DNA of 22,423 bases from a virus. The notes beneath the pieces are model-generated. The model did no database searches, had not been told where the DNA came from, and saw only the letters and a program-made list of their open reading frames with translations. The position numbers were made by a program, and so were the translations under genes. The stretch covers positions 1-22,423 of IMG/VR virus record IMGVR_UViG_3300002219_000051; one strand, 5' to 3'. How positions within the stretch are numbered: the stretch's first letter is position 1; each line of letters begins with the position of its first letter. This document shows, one piece after another, positions 14,891 through 21,635 of this stretch.

Positions 14891-15571
14891 CTACGCCGCC
14901 TCCGGGCGCTCGCTCCACCACTTCGTGAAGCACTCGACGCACAGGGTTCTCGGGGTGTGCGGCTTCGTCTTGTCCCGGATCTCCGCAGGCACGGGTATCC
15001 CGCAGACCTCGCAGGTTGTCGGAGTCGCGGCGGGGATCTCAGTGACGATGCGCGGCTCCGGACGGTCGCCGGTGTCGATCTCTTCAGGGCTGTAGAGGCC
15101 ACTGATACCGAAGGCCCTCCGGAGCGCGTGGGACTCGGCGACCTTGATGATCATGGTCTTCGGCTTGGACTGCCAGAGGTTTTTCCCGGTGCTGTATTCG
15201 GCGAGCGGGACCGCGACCTCGAAGGGGTGCGCCATGTCCTTCCGGTAGACCTTACACCATCCGATGAGGTCTCCGCTCTCGTCCTGCCGGGTGCCGGACT
15301 CCATGCCGTCGAATTTCCCGCTCCTGTGGGCGATGGCGAGGAACCCATCACGGCCAGCGAAGATCGCGGCGGGGTTGTTGCCATACTTGACCGCCCAGAT
15401 CTGCTTTGCGAACGGGTCGAGTTGGTAGGTCTTGGCGAGTTGCATCAGGAGGAGGAACTCGTTGTCGGTGCAGTCCCGGGCGCACATGTCCCGGACGAGT
15501 TGGATCTGCTGCTGATCGTAGTTCGCCGGGACGATGCCCCCTGCGCTTGTGGTTGCGGGGAGATCGGTCAT
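14891..15571 (-). CDS. bet: Phage single-strand annealing recombinase Bet/RecT with C-terminal zinc finger
   Basis: LDPFAKQIW, GRDGFLAIAHRSGKFDG, WQSKPKTMIIKVAESHALRRAF, GLYSPEE; CEVC...LCVEC tail. Confidence 0.92.
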   Translation of the reverse strand: MTDLPATTSAGGIVPANYDQQQIQLVRDMCARDCTDNEFLLLMQLAKTYQLDPFAKQIWAVKYGNNPAAIFAGRDGFLAIAHRSGKFDGMESGTRQDESGDLIGWCKVYRKDMAHPFEVAVPLAEYSTGKNLWQSKPKTMIIKVAESHALRRAFGISGLYSPEEIDTGDRPEPRIVTEIPAATPTTCEVCGIPVPAEIRDKTKPHTPRTLCVECFTKWWSERPEAA

Positions 15572-15939
15572 ACTGCTGCCTCCACTGAATCAATTTCATC
15601 GAGGTACACGGGTCGGTTCCCAATGTGATACTCACGCGGGATCTCGACTGGGTTCTTCCAATATTTCCCGAAGCGCGTCTGTGCGTTATCCAGGAGTGCC
15701 GGGAGGTGGAACATCAGCCGCTTCCGAGTGTAGTCGGGAGTGCGGCCGCGCATCGCATCGTTGAGGAACTCGTGCGCGAATATCTGCTCGAAGATATCGC
15801 ACAACTCCAGGTAACGCGGCGATATTGTCGTCTCGGTGCCGTCCTCGCCAGTGATCTCTAAATACCACTCGGGATACTGTCGGTATCGGGTGTCAAGCGA
15901 GCGACCGAGCCGGACGCGGAACCGCATCTCTCCGCTCAT
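15568..15939 (-). CDS. Hypothetical protein (123 aa)
   Basis: ATGA overlaps both sides. Confidence 0.75.
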   Translation of the reverse strand: MSGEMRFRVRLGRSLDTRYRQYPEWYLEITGEDGTETTISPRYLELCDIFEQIFAHEFLNDAMRGRTPDYTRKRLMFHLPALLDNAQTRFGKYWKNPVEIPREYHIGNRPVYLDEIDSVEAAV

Positions 15940-17222
15940 ACGCCGCACCTCCAGACGATCAGTTCCCGTGTGAGCACGAGGAGGAGTTTCTCATCCTTTG
16001 CTACGTTCACCATCTGCGGGTTGTACTGCTCGCTGTTGTAGGGACACGATACACGGTTTACAAGTTCGAGGTTGACCCCGGAGTCCTGCACCGCGCGGAT
16101 CACATCGAAGACATGATCGGTAAACTTCCGATTGAGTGACTTCCACTGTGTCGGCTGGATGATGAGCGCGATCACTCCCTTGGACTGCCGTTTGCCGATC
16201 TCGATCACGAGGTTCGAGAGGTTGTGCGTGAAGTCCTCGATACTCTGGTTTGCCAGGTCTTCAGCATCGTTTGAATATTGGCCCTCGGCCTGTTTCCAGT
16301 ACGGCGGATCGAGGTAAGTCAGTGCGACGTCAGACCATCGGTTGTTGAGTGGAGGAACGCCATCTGTTACGATGTCGTGTTTTCGGATGTCTGCTTCTCG
16401 CTCGGGTATCGGTTTCCTGTCAGATACCCAGAACCGCCGGAGGCGTTTCTTACAGACATCTATCGTTGACCCGCCCCCGGCAAACGGATCGACCACAAGA
16501 TCGAACGGGTTGGTGTAGAGGTAGAGGAGGTTTTCGACGATTGTCTGTTCAGACTCTCCGAAGTGCGCGACGTTGTTTGAGGACTTCGAGAACCGCCAGA
16601 CGTTGTATAAAGGTGCCTTGAAATCGTCCTCGAAGAGTGCGGCGATCTTTATCGGTTTTAGACACTTGTCCAAATCTGATAATGTCTTTGACCGCTCAAC
16701 CACAGACGGTTGTGAGATACCGACCGCATCCGCGATCTCTTGCTGTGTATGGCCGGAGAGGTACATGCTGAAAATCTTCGCGTCGCGGTCCACCTTGATC
16801 CGATCTTCCGTCTCTTTGAGGTAGCGATCGATTGTCTTCTGCGAGACAGATAGGATCTTTGCGAGGTATGCCTTATCAGACACCCCAGCGCCGCTATTGA
16901 AGAGGCGGATCGCCATCTTCCTCTTGTCCGTGTTGGTAAGTTGCTGCCCGTGCTTGGCGTTCCGCTCGATTGCGAGCGAGAGGAACTCGACATCGCTCTT
17001 TGTCTGCGTGATAATCACAGGTATGGTTTCAGCGCCGATCTTCCGGTATGCTGTCCAGCGGTGCCAGCCGTCGATCAGTTCATAGTGCTGATTAACCTCG
17101 ATCGGTGGGAGGACGTCGAGATCCTCAGAATACTTCTGCACGAGTCGCGGATCGTGCTCAATGCGAGGATACAGATCCTCACGGAACACGACTTCTGATA
17201 CCGAGATCGTTGTTGCATCCAT
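15936..17222 (-). CDS. ParB-like N-terminal domain + HTH + amino-(N6A/N4C-type) methyltransferase
   Basis: LPPIEVNQHYELIDGWHRWTAY (ParB box); GHTQQEIADAVGISQPSV (HTH); VVDPFAGGGST (motif I); YLDPPYW (motif IV). Confidence 0.85.
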   Translation of the reverse strand: MDATTISVSEVVFREDLYPRIEHDPRLVQKYSEDLDVLPPIEVNQHYELIDGWHRWTAYRKIGAETIPVIITQTKSDVEFLSLAIERNAKHGQQLTNTDKRKMAIRLFNSGAGVSDKAYLAKILSVSQKTIDRYLKETEDRIKVDRDAKIFSMYLSGHTQQEIADAVGISQPSVVERSKTLSDLDKCLKPIKIAALFEDDFKAPLYNVWRFSKSSNNVAHFGESEQTIVENLLYLYTNPFDLVVDPFAGGGSTIDVCKKRLRRFWVSDRKPIPEREADIRKHDIVTDGVPPLNNRWSDVALTYLDPPYWKQAEGQYSNDAEDLANQSIEDFTHNLSNLVIEIGKRQSKGVIALIIQPTQWKSLNRKFTDHVFDVIRAVQDSGVNLELVNRVSCPYNSEQYNPQMVNVAKDEKLLLVLTRELIVWRCGV

Positions 17223-17521
17223 CAGCACCGCCCCCGCCAGTTCTCGCGCTCAGGAGCCTCACAGGGCATCCCCGCGCAGCCGTAGCGTGTCGTCGGCACC
17301 CCGAGGTGTCCTTCCCAGGCCATTGATCGTCGCGGGAGCGCATCGGTGCACGAGGCACAGGATCGCTCGCGGTCCACGCGGCCGGGCAGTCCTGCCTCGC
17401 GGCGGGCGTGCTCCGTAGCCGCAACTAATATACGATCGAACGTACCATTCCGGGTGTCGGTTCCCGCCCCCGGTTTACAGGCGGTGGCGCAGGGGCCGAC
17501 ATAGTTATTCATTTTCGTCAT
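17222..17521 (-). CDS. Cys-containing hypothetical protein (99 aa)
   Basis: AGGTGA SD, ATGA overlap upstream, TGATG overlap downstream. Confidence 0.6.
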   Translation of the reverse strand: MTKMNNYVGPCATACKPGAGTDTRNGTFDRILVAATEHARREAGLPGRVDRERSCASCTDALPRRSMAWEGHLGVPTTRYGCAGMPCEAPERENWRGRC

Positions 17522-17691
17522 ATTTTCACCTTCTCCATATTGAGGTATGCCCGCAGCGCCATTTCTGTGACAAACGACGCGGACACCCCCACTAATGAGG
17601 CGTAATCTCTGAGACGGACCGCAACATCCTGGCTAACGTAGACCTGGAGCTTTGGTTTTGGTTTCGCGCTGTTCTGCTGCCCCATAATCAT
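17518..17691 (-). CDS. Ribbon-helix-helix regulator (55-57 aa), first gene of the replication operon
   Basis: Own translation MIMGQQNSAKPKPKLQVYVSQDVAVRLRDYASLVGVSASFVTEMALRAYLNMEKVKI; below the ORF-track cutoff; alternative start 17685. Confidence 0.8.
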   Translation of the reverse strand: MIMGQQNSAKPKPKLQVYVSQDVAVRLRDYASLVGVSASFVTEMALRAYLNMEKVKI

Positions 17692-17699
17692 AGATTCAT

Positions 17700-17725
17700 C
17701 TCATGGATATATAATGTATTCGGTT
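17700..17725 (-). promoter_or_regulatory. TATA promoter of the recombination/replication operon (likely leaderless transcript)
   Basis: Minus strand aaaccgaatacaTTATATATcc; TATA at 17707-17714 lies ~25 nt from ATG 17685; no SD. Confidence 0.6.
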
Positions 17726-17913
17726 TGGCTCTACACCGACGAAGGGCCGTTTTCAAAAATGGATGGATGTGAGGGGTCGCGCCTCACGATCGAGCCTCGA
17801 CCGTAATTTCTCAAATAAGGATCGTCGGATCTATCATTCCCCGGGGGAGGAGTGATAGGTCGGAGGGGGATTCTATCAGATCAGTACATTTTGATAGATG
17901 TTGATACCAACCC

Positions 17914-18051
17914 TCATATCAGCGTTCGCCCATCCCGGGAACAGTTATACGACTGGTGGACGAACGCGGCCTCTTCGGTGCGGAACCGCCGCCCGCAGAC
18001 CCGGCACCGATATCCGGCCCGGGTCTCTTCGATCTTCAATTTGGCTTTCAT
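17914..18051 (-). CDS. C2HC-type zinc finger microprotein (45 aa)
   Basis: Own translation MKAKLKIEETRAGYRCRVCGRRFRTEEAAFVHQSYNCSRDGRTLI; GAGGAGTGA SD region. Confidence 0.7.
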   Translation of the reverse strand: MKAKLKIEETRAGYRCRVCGRRFRTEEAAFVHQSYNCSRDGRTLI

Positions 18052-18062
18052 CCCTCACTCCT

Positions 18063-18206
18063 CTACCATCCTTTGCCTACGATCTGCCCGTTCCGCTTCA
18101 CCTGTATTTCAACGGGTTTCCTGTGGTCGGGTTGTCTGTCTGGATCGATTCTGGCGGTGTCGAGGGTCTCCCCGGTCGCCTCATCTACAATGGTTATTTT
18201 CCACAT
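18063..18206 (-). CDS. Hypothetical microprotein (47 aa)
   Basis: Own translation MWKITIVDEATGETLDTARIDPDRQPDHRKPVEIQVKRNGQIVGKGW; GGTGA upstream. Confidence 0.6.
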   Translation of the reverse strand: MWKITIVDEATGETLDTARIDPDRQPDHRKPVEIQVKRNGQIVGKGW

Positions 18207-18405
18207 CCTCTTTCACCACGCCTGTTTCGTGGTTCCGCAGGAGCGCCAATGCGATGAGTCCTTTACCGACTACCTCTCTCGCATCCTCTCTCTCCCCCTC
18301 ATACTCCTCTTCGTAGCTGTCGATCATCTGCCCTGCCAGGCTTAATGCCCCTTCAATGTTGGAGTAGAGGCGATCTGTTCGTACAGTAAGTTGTTCCATC
18401 CTCAT
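18181..18405 (-). CDS. Acidic helical hypothetical protein
   Basis: ATGA overlap, operon context. Confidence 0.65.
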   Translation of the reverse strand: MRMEQLTVRTDRLYSNIEGALSLAGQMIDSYEEEYEGEREDAREVVGKGLIALALLRNHETGVVKEDVENNHCR

Positions 18406-18746
18406 TCCTCTACCAGTCTGCGGATCTCGTCCTGCGGGGATAGGATCGCCGGATCAGGGCAATGCTCGTCACACGAGTAGATGAGGCGGCCGGATACCCC
18501 GACCCCTCGGCACTCGATTTCCCAGGTCGCCGGACGGTGGCAACCCTGGGTGTCGCAGGTTTCGCAGACGCAGCCCTCCATTGCGATCCTGTCATGGATC
18601 ACCTCATGCAGCCGGAGCAACCCATCCCAATCTACGTTGAGCCGGGACTCGGAGCCATCCGAGTATGTGTGCTGGATGCGGTATAGAGCCTGCTCTGGAG
18701 GAGCGTTTTGGGGGCCCGCCTTGATGATCTCAAACATCTCATCCAT
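18402..18746 (-). CDS. Hypothetical protein with C-terminal Cys cluster (114 aa)
   Basis: AGGTGA SD before ATG 18746; CVCETCDTQGC...EC...SCDEHC. Confidence 0.7.
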   Translation of the reverse strand: MDEMFEIIKAGPQNAPPEQALYRIQHTYSDGSESRLNVDWDGLLRLHEVIHDRIAMEGCVCETCDTQGCHRPATWEIECRGVGVSGRLIYSCDEHCPDPAILSPQDEIRRLVEE

Positions 18747-18766
18747 GTTGTCACCTACGCACAAAA

Positions 18767-19132
18767 CTACAACCTCGCCTCTTCCACCGTGTCCGGCTCC
18801 GGGCACCAGACCTGCGTGAGGTCCGCGAGCTCCTCAGCGTAGTCCTGCGCGACCGTCGCCTCGCGCCACCCGTGACCGCCCGGGAGATGGTCGTCGTAGA
18901 TGTCCAGGCGCAGGTCAACGGCGACCTCGGCCGACACATCGAGCGGCATGAGCGTCACCATACGGCCGTCATCAAACCGGAGCACGAGTTCGTTGATGAC
19001 GATCCGGCCGCCCTCCTCGACGAGCACCATCGCAGATGAGACGGTCGCGTGCTCAAGGTCGTCGCGGATGATCCTCTCCAGGCGGCGGCAGGCGTCGCCA
19101 GTGAGTGTTGTGAGTAGTGTGTTGCTTGTCAT
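18767..19132 (-). CDS. Acidic hypothetical protein (121 aa)
   Basis: GAGGTGGAGG SD just after the upstream stop. Confidence 0.75.
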   Translation of the reverse strand: MTSNTLLTTLTGDACRRLERIIRDDLEHATVSSAMVLVEEGGRIVINELVLRFDDGRMVTLMPLDVSAEVAVDLRLDIYDDHLPGGHGWREATVAQDYAEELADLTQVWCPEPDTVEEARL

Positions 19133-19141
19133 TCCTCCACC

Positions 19142-19873
19142 TCACGGGTCGATCCGCACGACCTTGACGCGCTTGTTGGCCCACTCTCTCGGGAGGTAGA
19201 GGGTGCTGCTGCTCTGCCCGGAGTAGTGCCGGGGGGTGCGCTCCAGCACCTCGTAGCCGTCGATCTCATAGTGGTCCGGGGTGGCGGGAGTCTCCTCCCG
19301 CATCTCGTCCCGAGTCCGCTTGAGCAGATCCAGCACCGCCCCGTCGCCCTCAGCAAACACGATCCCGTCGACCTCTGCCTCGTGCTCGATCTCCAGTGCG
19401 ATCCGCTGGAGGCGCTCGTCGGTCGAGTCTGGGAACACCTCGTCGGCGACGTCCGGCAGCCACTCCGCGACCGGCCAGAGCCCGCCCTCGTGCGTCGGGG
19501 GCTCGTGCGTCGCCATCCATGCGTCGAAGTCCTGTTTCTCCCTCTCGTACCCGGGGAACCTGCCGAACCGCTCCATATCCTCCCAGACGGCCTCGTAGGC
19601 GTCGGCGAGCGGGGCGGCGCGGGGCAGCACCTCCTCGGCGACCCACTCGTGCAGCTGCGTTGCGTCCGTGAGCGGGGGCAGGGGATAAGCATCCTCCAGG
19701 CCGCGCCAGCGAGTCTCCGGCGTCGTGTTGTCCTCGGGGTCTTTGGTCTCGGCGCGGATCGTCTGCTCCTGCCAGTTGATGACGAGGAGGATCGTCCGGG
19801 GTTGTCCGCGAGCGGTCGCTTCCAGGAGCGCCGCCGGGGCGACGTAGTTGAGGTTGAGGGTGAGGGGGGCCAT
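19142..19873 (-). CDS. DUF2080-domain fusion protein, copy A (243 aa)
   Basis: C-terminal YEIDGYEVLERTPRHYSGQSSSTLYLPREWANKRVKVVRIDP matches the DUF2080 pattern; paralogue of 21636-22367. Confidence 0.8.
   Translation of the reverse strand: MAPLTLNLNYVAPAALLEATARGQPRTILLVINWQEQTIRAETKDPEDNTTPETRWRGLEDAYPLPPLTDATQLHEWVAEEVLPRAAPLADAYEAVWEDMERFGRFPGYEREKQDFDAWMATHEPPTHEGGLWPVAEWLPDVADEVFPDSTDERLQRIALEIEHEAEVDGIVFAEGDGAVLDLLKRTRDEMREETPATPDHYEIDGYEVLERTPRHYSGQSSSTLYLPREWANKRVKVVRIDP
19200..19283 (-). repeat. 84-bp inverted repeat arm (1 mismatch) with 22226-22309
   Basis: Direct sequence comparison. Confidence 0.9.
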
Positions 19874-20055
19874 TACTGCACCTCCAGTGTCGCGTTGAGT
19901 TCCGCGACCCGTGCTTCGACCACATCCCGATCCGCCGTATACCCCCCGGAGTACTCCACGTTGCCGCCGTGCAGGGGCTGCGTCGGATCACGAAGGCGAC
20001 CGGCAATGTATATCCGCCGATCTTCGATCACTTGTGAGAACACGCGCCACGACAT
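19873..20055 (-). CDS. Small hypothetical protein, PLHGGNVEY family (60 aa)
   Basis: ATG 20055; TAATG overlap with the next gene; paralogue of 14702-14890. Confidence 0.8.
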   Translation of the reverse strand: MSWRVFSQVIEDRRIYIAGRLRDPTQPLHGGNVEYSGGYTADRDVVEARVAELNATLEVQ

Positions 20056-20060
20056 CAAAA

Positions 20061-20405
20061 TCAGGCCCCCGCGAGGGCGGTCTGAATGCTGTTGAGCGTT
20101 CCCTGTTGGCGCTGCACCGCGCACTTGAGGTTGTGGATCTGAGTCTCCTTCTCTTCGAGCATTCGGACAACTGCATAGATTTGAGTTATCGTCATCCCCG
20201 TCCCGGAGAGGTGCTCAACCGTGCGGAGGTCGCTCTTCAGGAGTTGGATTCCGTTTAAGTCCTTCTCAGCGCAGAACTTCACGAACGCCAGTTTGTCGTC
20301 GCCGGTCGCCATATAGACGGGCTCGATTATGCTCTCGTAGTATTCTGCGGGGAAGGTCCATCCAGCGTGCCGGTTCATCAGGGTTTCAAATTCTTGGAGT
20401 TCCAT
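20061..20405 (-). CDS. Hypothetical protein with C-terminal coiled coil, first gene of cassette A
   Basis: Start embedded in promoter/SD repeat copy A. Confidence 0.8.
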   Translation of the reverse strand: MELQEFETLMNRHAGWTFPAEYYESIIEPVYMATGDDKLAFVKFCAEKDLNGIQLLKSDLRTVEHLSGTGMTITQIYAVVRMLEEKETQIHNLKCAVQRQQGTLNSIQTALAGA

Positions 20406-20460
20406 CTTACTTCACCTGTTACAATACATACATTATACGTATAAGTATAAATAACTTTCC
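20403..20460 (-). promoter_or_regulatory. Promoter-operator-SD module, copy A
   Basis: Minus strand ggaaagttaTTTATActtatacgtataatgtatgtattgtaacAGGTGAagtaagATG. Confidence 0.85.
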
Positions 20461-20571
20461 TAACCCCAAAAGGCCAGGGCACATAGGGCACGAAGATACG
20501 TAACTTTCCCATGAAGAGATGATCTTAAAAAGTTACGATCCTACGTGCCATTCCTGCCCTGAGTTATGGGG

Positions 20572-20628
20572 GGAAAGTTATTTATACTTGTGGGCACAAT
20601 GTAGTATTGTAACAGGTGAAGTAAGATG
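20572..20628 (+). promoter_or_regulatory. Promoter-operator-SD module, copy B
   Basis: ggaaagttaTTTATActtgtgggcacaatgtagtattgtaacAGGTGAagtaagATG. Confidence 0.85.
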
Positions 20629-21021
20629 ATGTTAAAACTCAACGGGAAAAAAGTCTGGATCAATGTGGTCGGGATCAGGTATGATGGGCGAGAGTTTGGG
20701 GTGGGCGCAAAGGTGCCCCGGTCGCACGACTGGGTGGATGGAGTGAGGACTAACCGCCCCCTCCCCGGCACCTGTGCGCTCAACCTCGGAAGCGGGATCG
20801 ATACAGATGATGAGACGGGCGAGATGCAGATCGACGCTCCGAATGAGTGGCTAACGATGGAGGAGGTAATGGTGATCGCCCGCAAGGAGGATTATGGGTT
20901 CGGGCACGCGTACCTAATTGCGGGAGAAGATTGTGGGGCCGGAGAGGACTCAGTGATCTCAGGGGATCGGCACAACGAGGTAATTATCGCAGATGCGCGC
21001 GTGATTGTAAAACTGTGGTGA
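20626..21021 (+). CDS. Hypothetical protein (131 aa), first gene of cassette B
   Basis: Start embedded in promoter copy B. Confidence 0.8.
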   Translation: MMLKLNGKKVWINVVGIRYDGREFGVGAKVPRSHDWVDGVRTNRPLPGTCALNLGSGIDTDDETGEMQIDAPNEWLTMEEVMVIARKEDYGFGHAYLIAGEDCGAGEDSVISGDRHNEVIIADARVIVKLW

Positions 21022-21026
21022 TCAGG

Positions 21027-21305
21027 ATGACAACTCGCAAAACAGTAATCACTACCCACTCCCGACACACTGTGGATGGGTCGGTATCGGATAAGTTGAT
21101 CAAACTCATGGAGGCCCCATATGAGAAGACGGTCTCGGTATGTGACTCGGAGACAGGGAAGGAGATCCCCTGCCCTGATCACTACGAGATCGACGGCTAC
21201 GAGGTCTTTGAGCGCACCGCGAAAGCCCGGGGGAACTCTGCCATGCTCCCCGTCCCGGTGGAATATATTGGCAAGAAGTTTAAGGTCGTGAGGATCGATC
21301 CTTAG
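21027..21305 (+). CDS. DUF2080-domain protein, copy B (92 aa)
   Basis: PDHYEIDGYEVFERTAKARGNSAMLPVPVEYIGKKFKVVRIDP, close to canonical DUF2080; ATG 21027. Confidence 0.85.
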   Translation: MTTRKTVITTHSRHTVDGSVSDKLIKLMEAPYEKTVSVCDSETGKEIPCPDHYEIDGYEVFERTAKARGNSAMLPVPVEYIGKKFKVVRIDP

Positions 21306-21307
21306 AT

Positions 21308-21360
21308 AGTTATATATACTTGTGGGCACAATGTAGTATTGTAACAGGTGAAGTAAGATG
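21308..21360 (+). promoter_or_regulatory. Promoter-operator-SD module, copy C
   Basis: 52/53 identical to 20576-20628; begins 2 nt after the stop of DUF2080 copy B. Confidence 0.88.
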
Positions 21361-21633
21361 GAGATTCAAACCACTATAATCTGGACACGGGAAATCTGCG
21401 AAGGCATCGAGGGTGTCGAAGTCAGATCGTTCGATGTCGCGGCAAGCGGTCGCGGGCAGGGGCGGAAGGGGGCGATCTACGCAAGCAGATACCTCGTCAG
21501 TTTTGACAATGGGCGGAAAGATAAGATAATCGAGGCCATCACCGCAAAGCGAGAGATCCTCTCCAAAACCGTCCACAGGCAGGAGAAGGCAGCATACACG
21601 CGGCTGATGAAAGCAATCTCCCGGGGCGAGTGA
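21358..21633 (+). CDS. Basic hypothetical protein (91 aa), first gene of cassette C
   Basis: Start embedded in promoter copy C. Confidence 0.8.
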   Translation: MEIQTTIIWTREICEGIEGVEVRSFDVAASGRGQGRKGAIYASRYLVSFDNGRKDKIIEAITAKREILSKTVHRQEKAAYTRLMKAISRGE

Positions 21634-21635
21634 GA

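Larger units (their letters stand above)
20401..20630. repeat. ~230-bp imperfect palindrome holding the divergent promoters
   Basis: Outer arms 20403-20460 / 20572-20628; inner arms 20477-20507 / 20529-20559; TAACTTT/AAAGTTA x4. Confidence 0.85.

Noticed and set aside
17830-17898. Similarity of CTATCA/TGATAG to the tetO operator
   Set aside because: Half-site spacing (13 and 16 nt) is incompatible with tetO, and no TetR is present; kept only as a generic dyad finding.
21027-21305. IS200/IS605 element suggested by the DUF2080 'transposon-encoded' label
   Set aside because: No TnpA or TnpB and no IS end hairpins seen nearby.
20626-21358. Promoter B-to-C spacing (732 bp) equals the length of both long DUF2080 genes
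   Set aside because: No sequence homology or mechanism links these lengths; treated as coincidence.
20403-21360. Possible CRISPR or mini-array
   Set aside because: The repeats are ~55-bp promoters ending in ATG, one is inverted, and the spacing is hundreds of bp of coding DNA.
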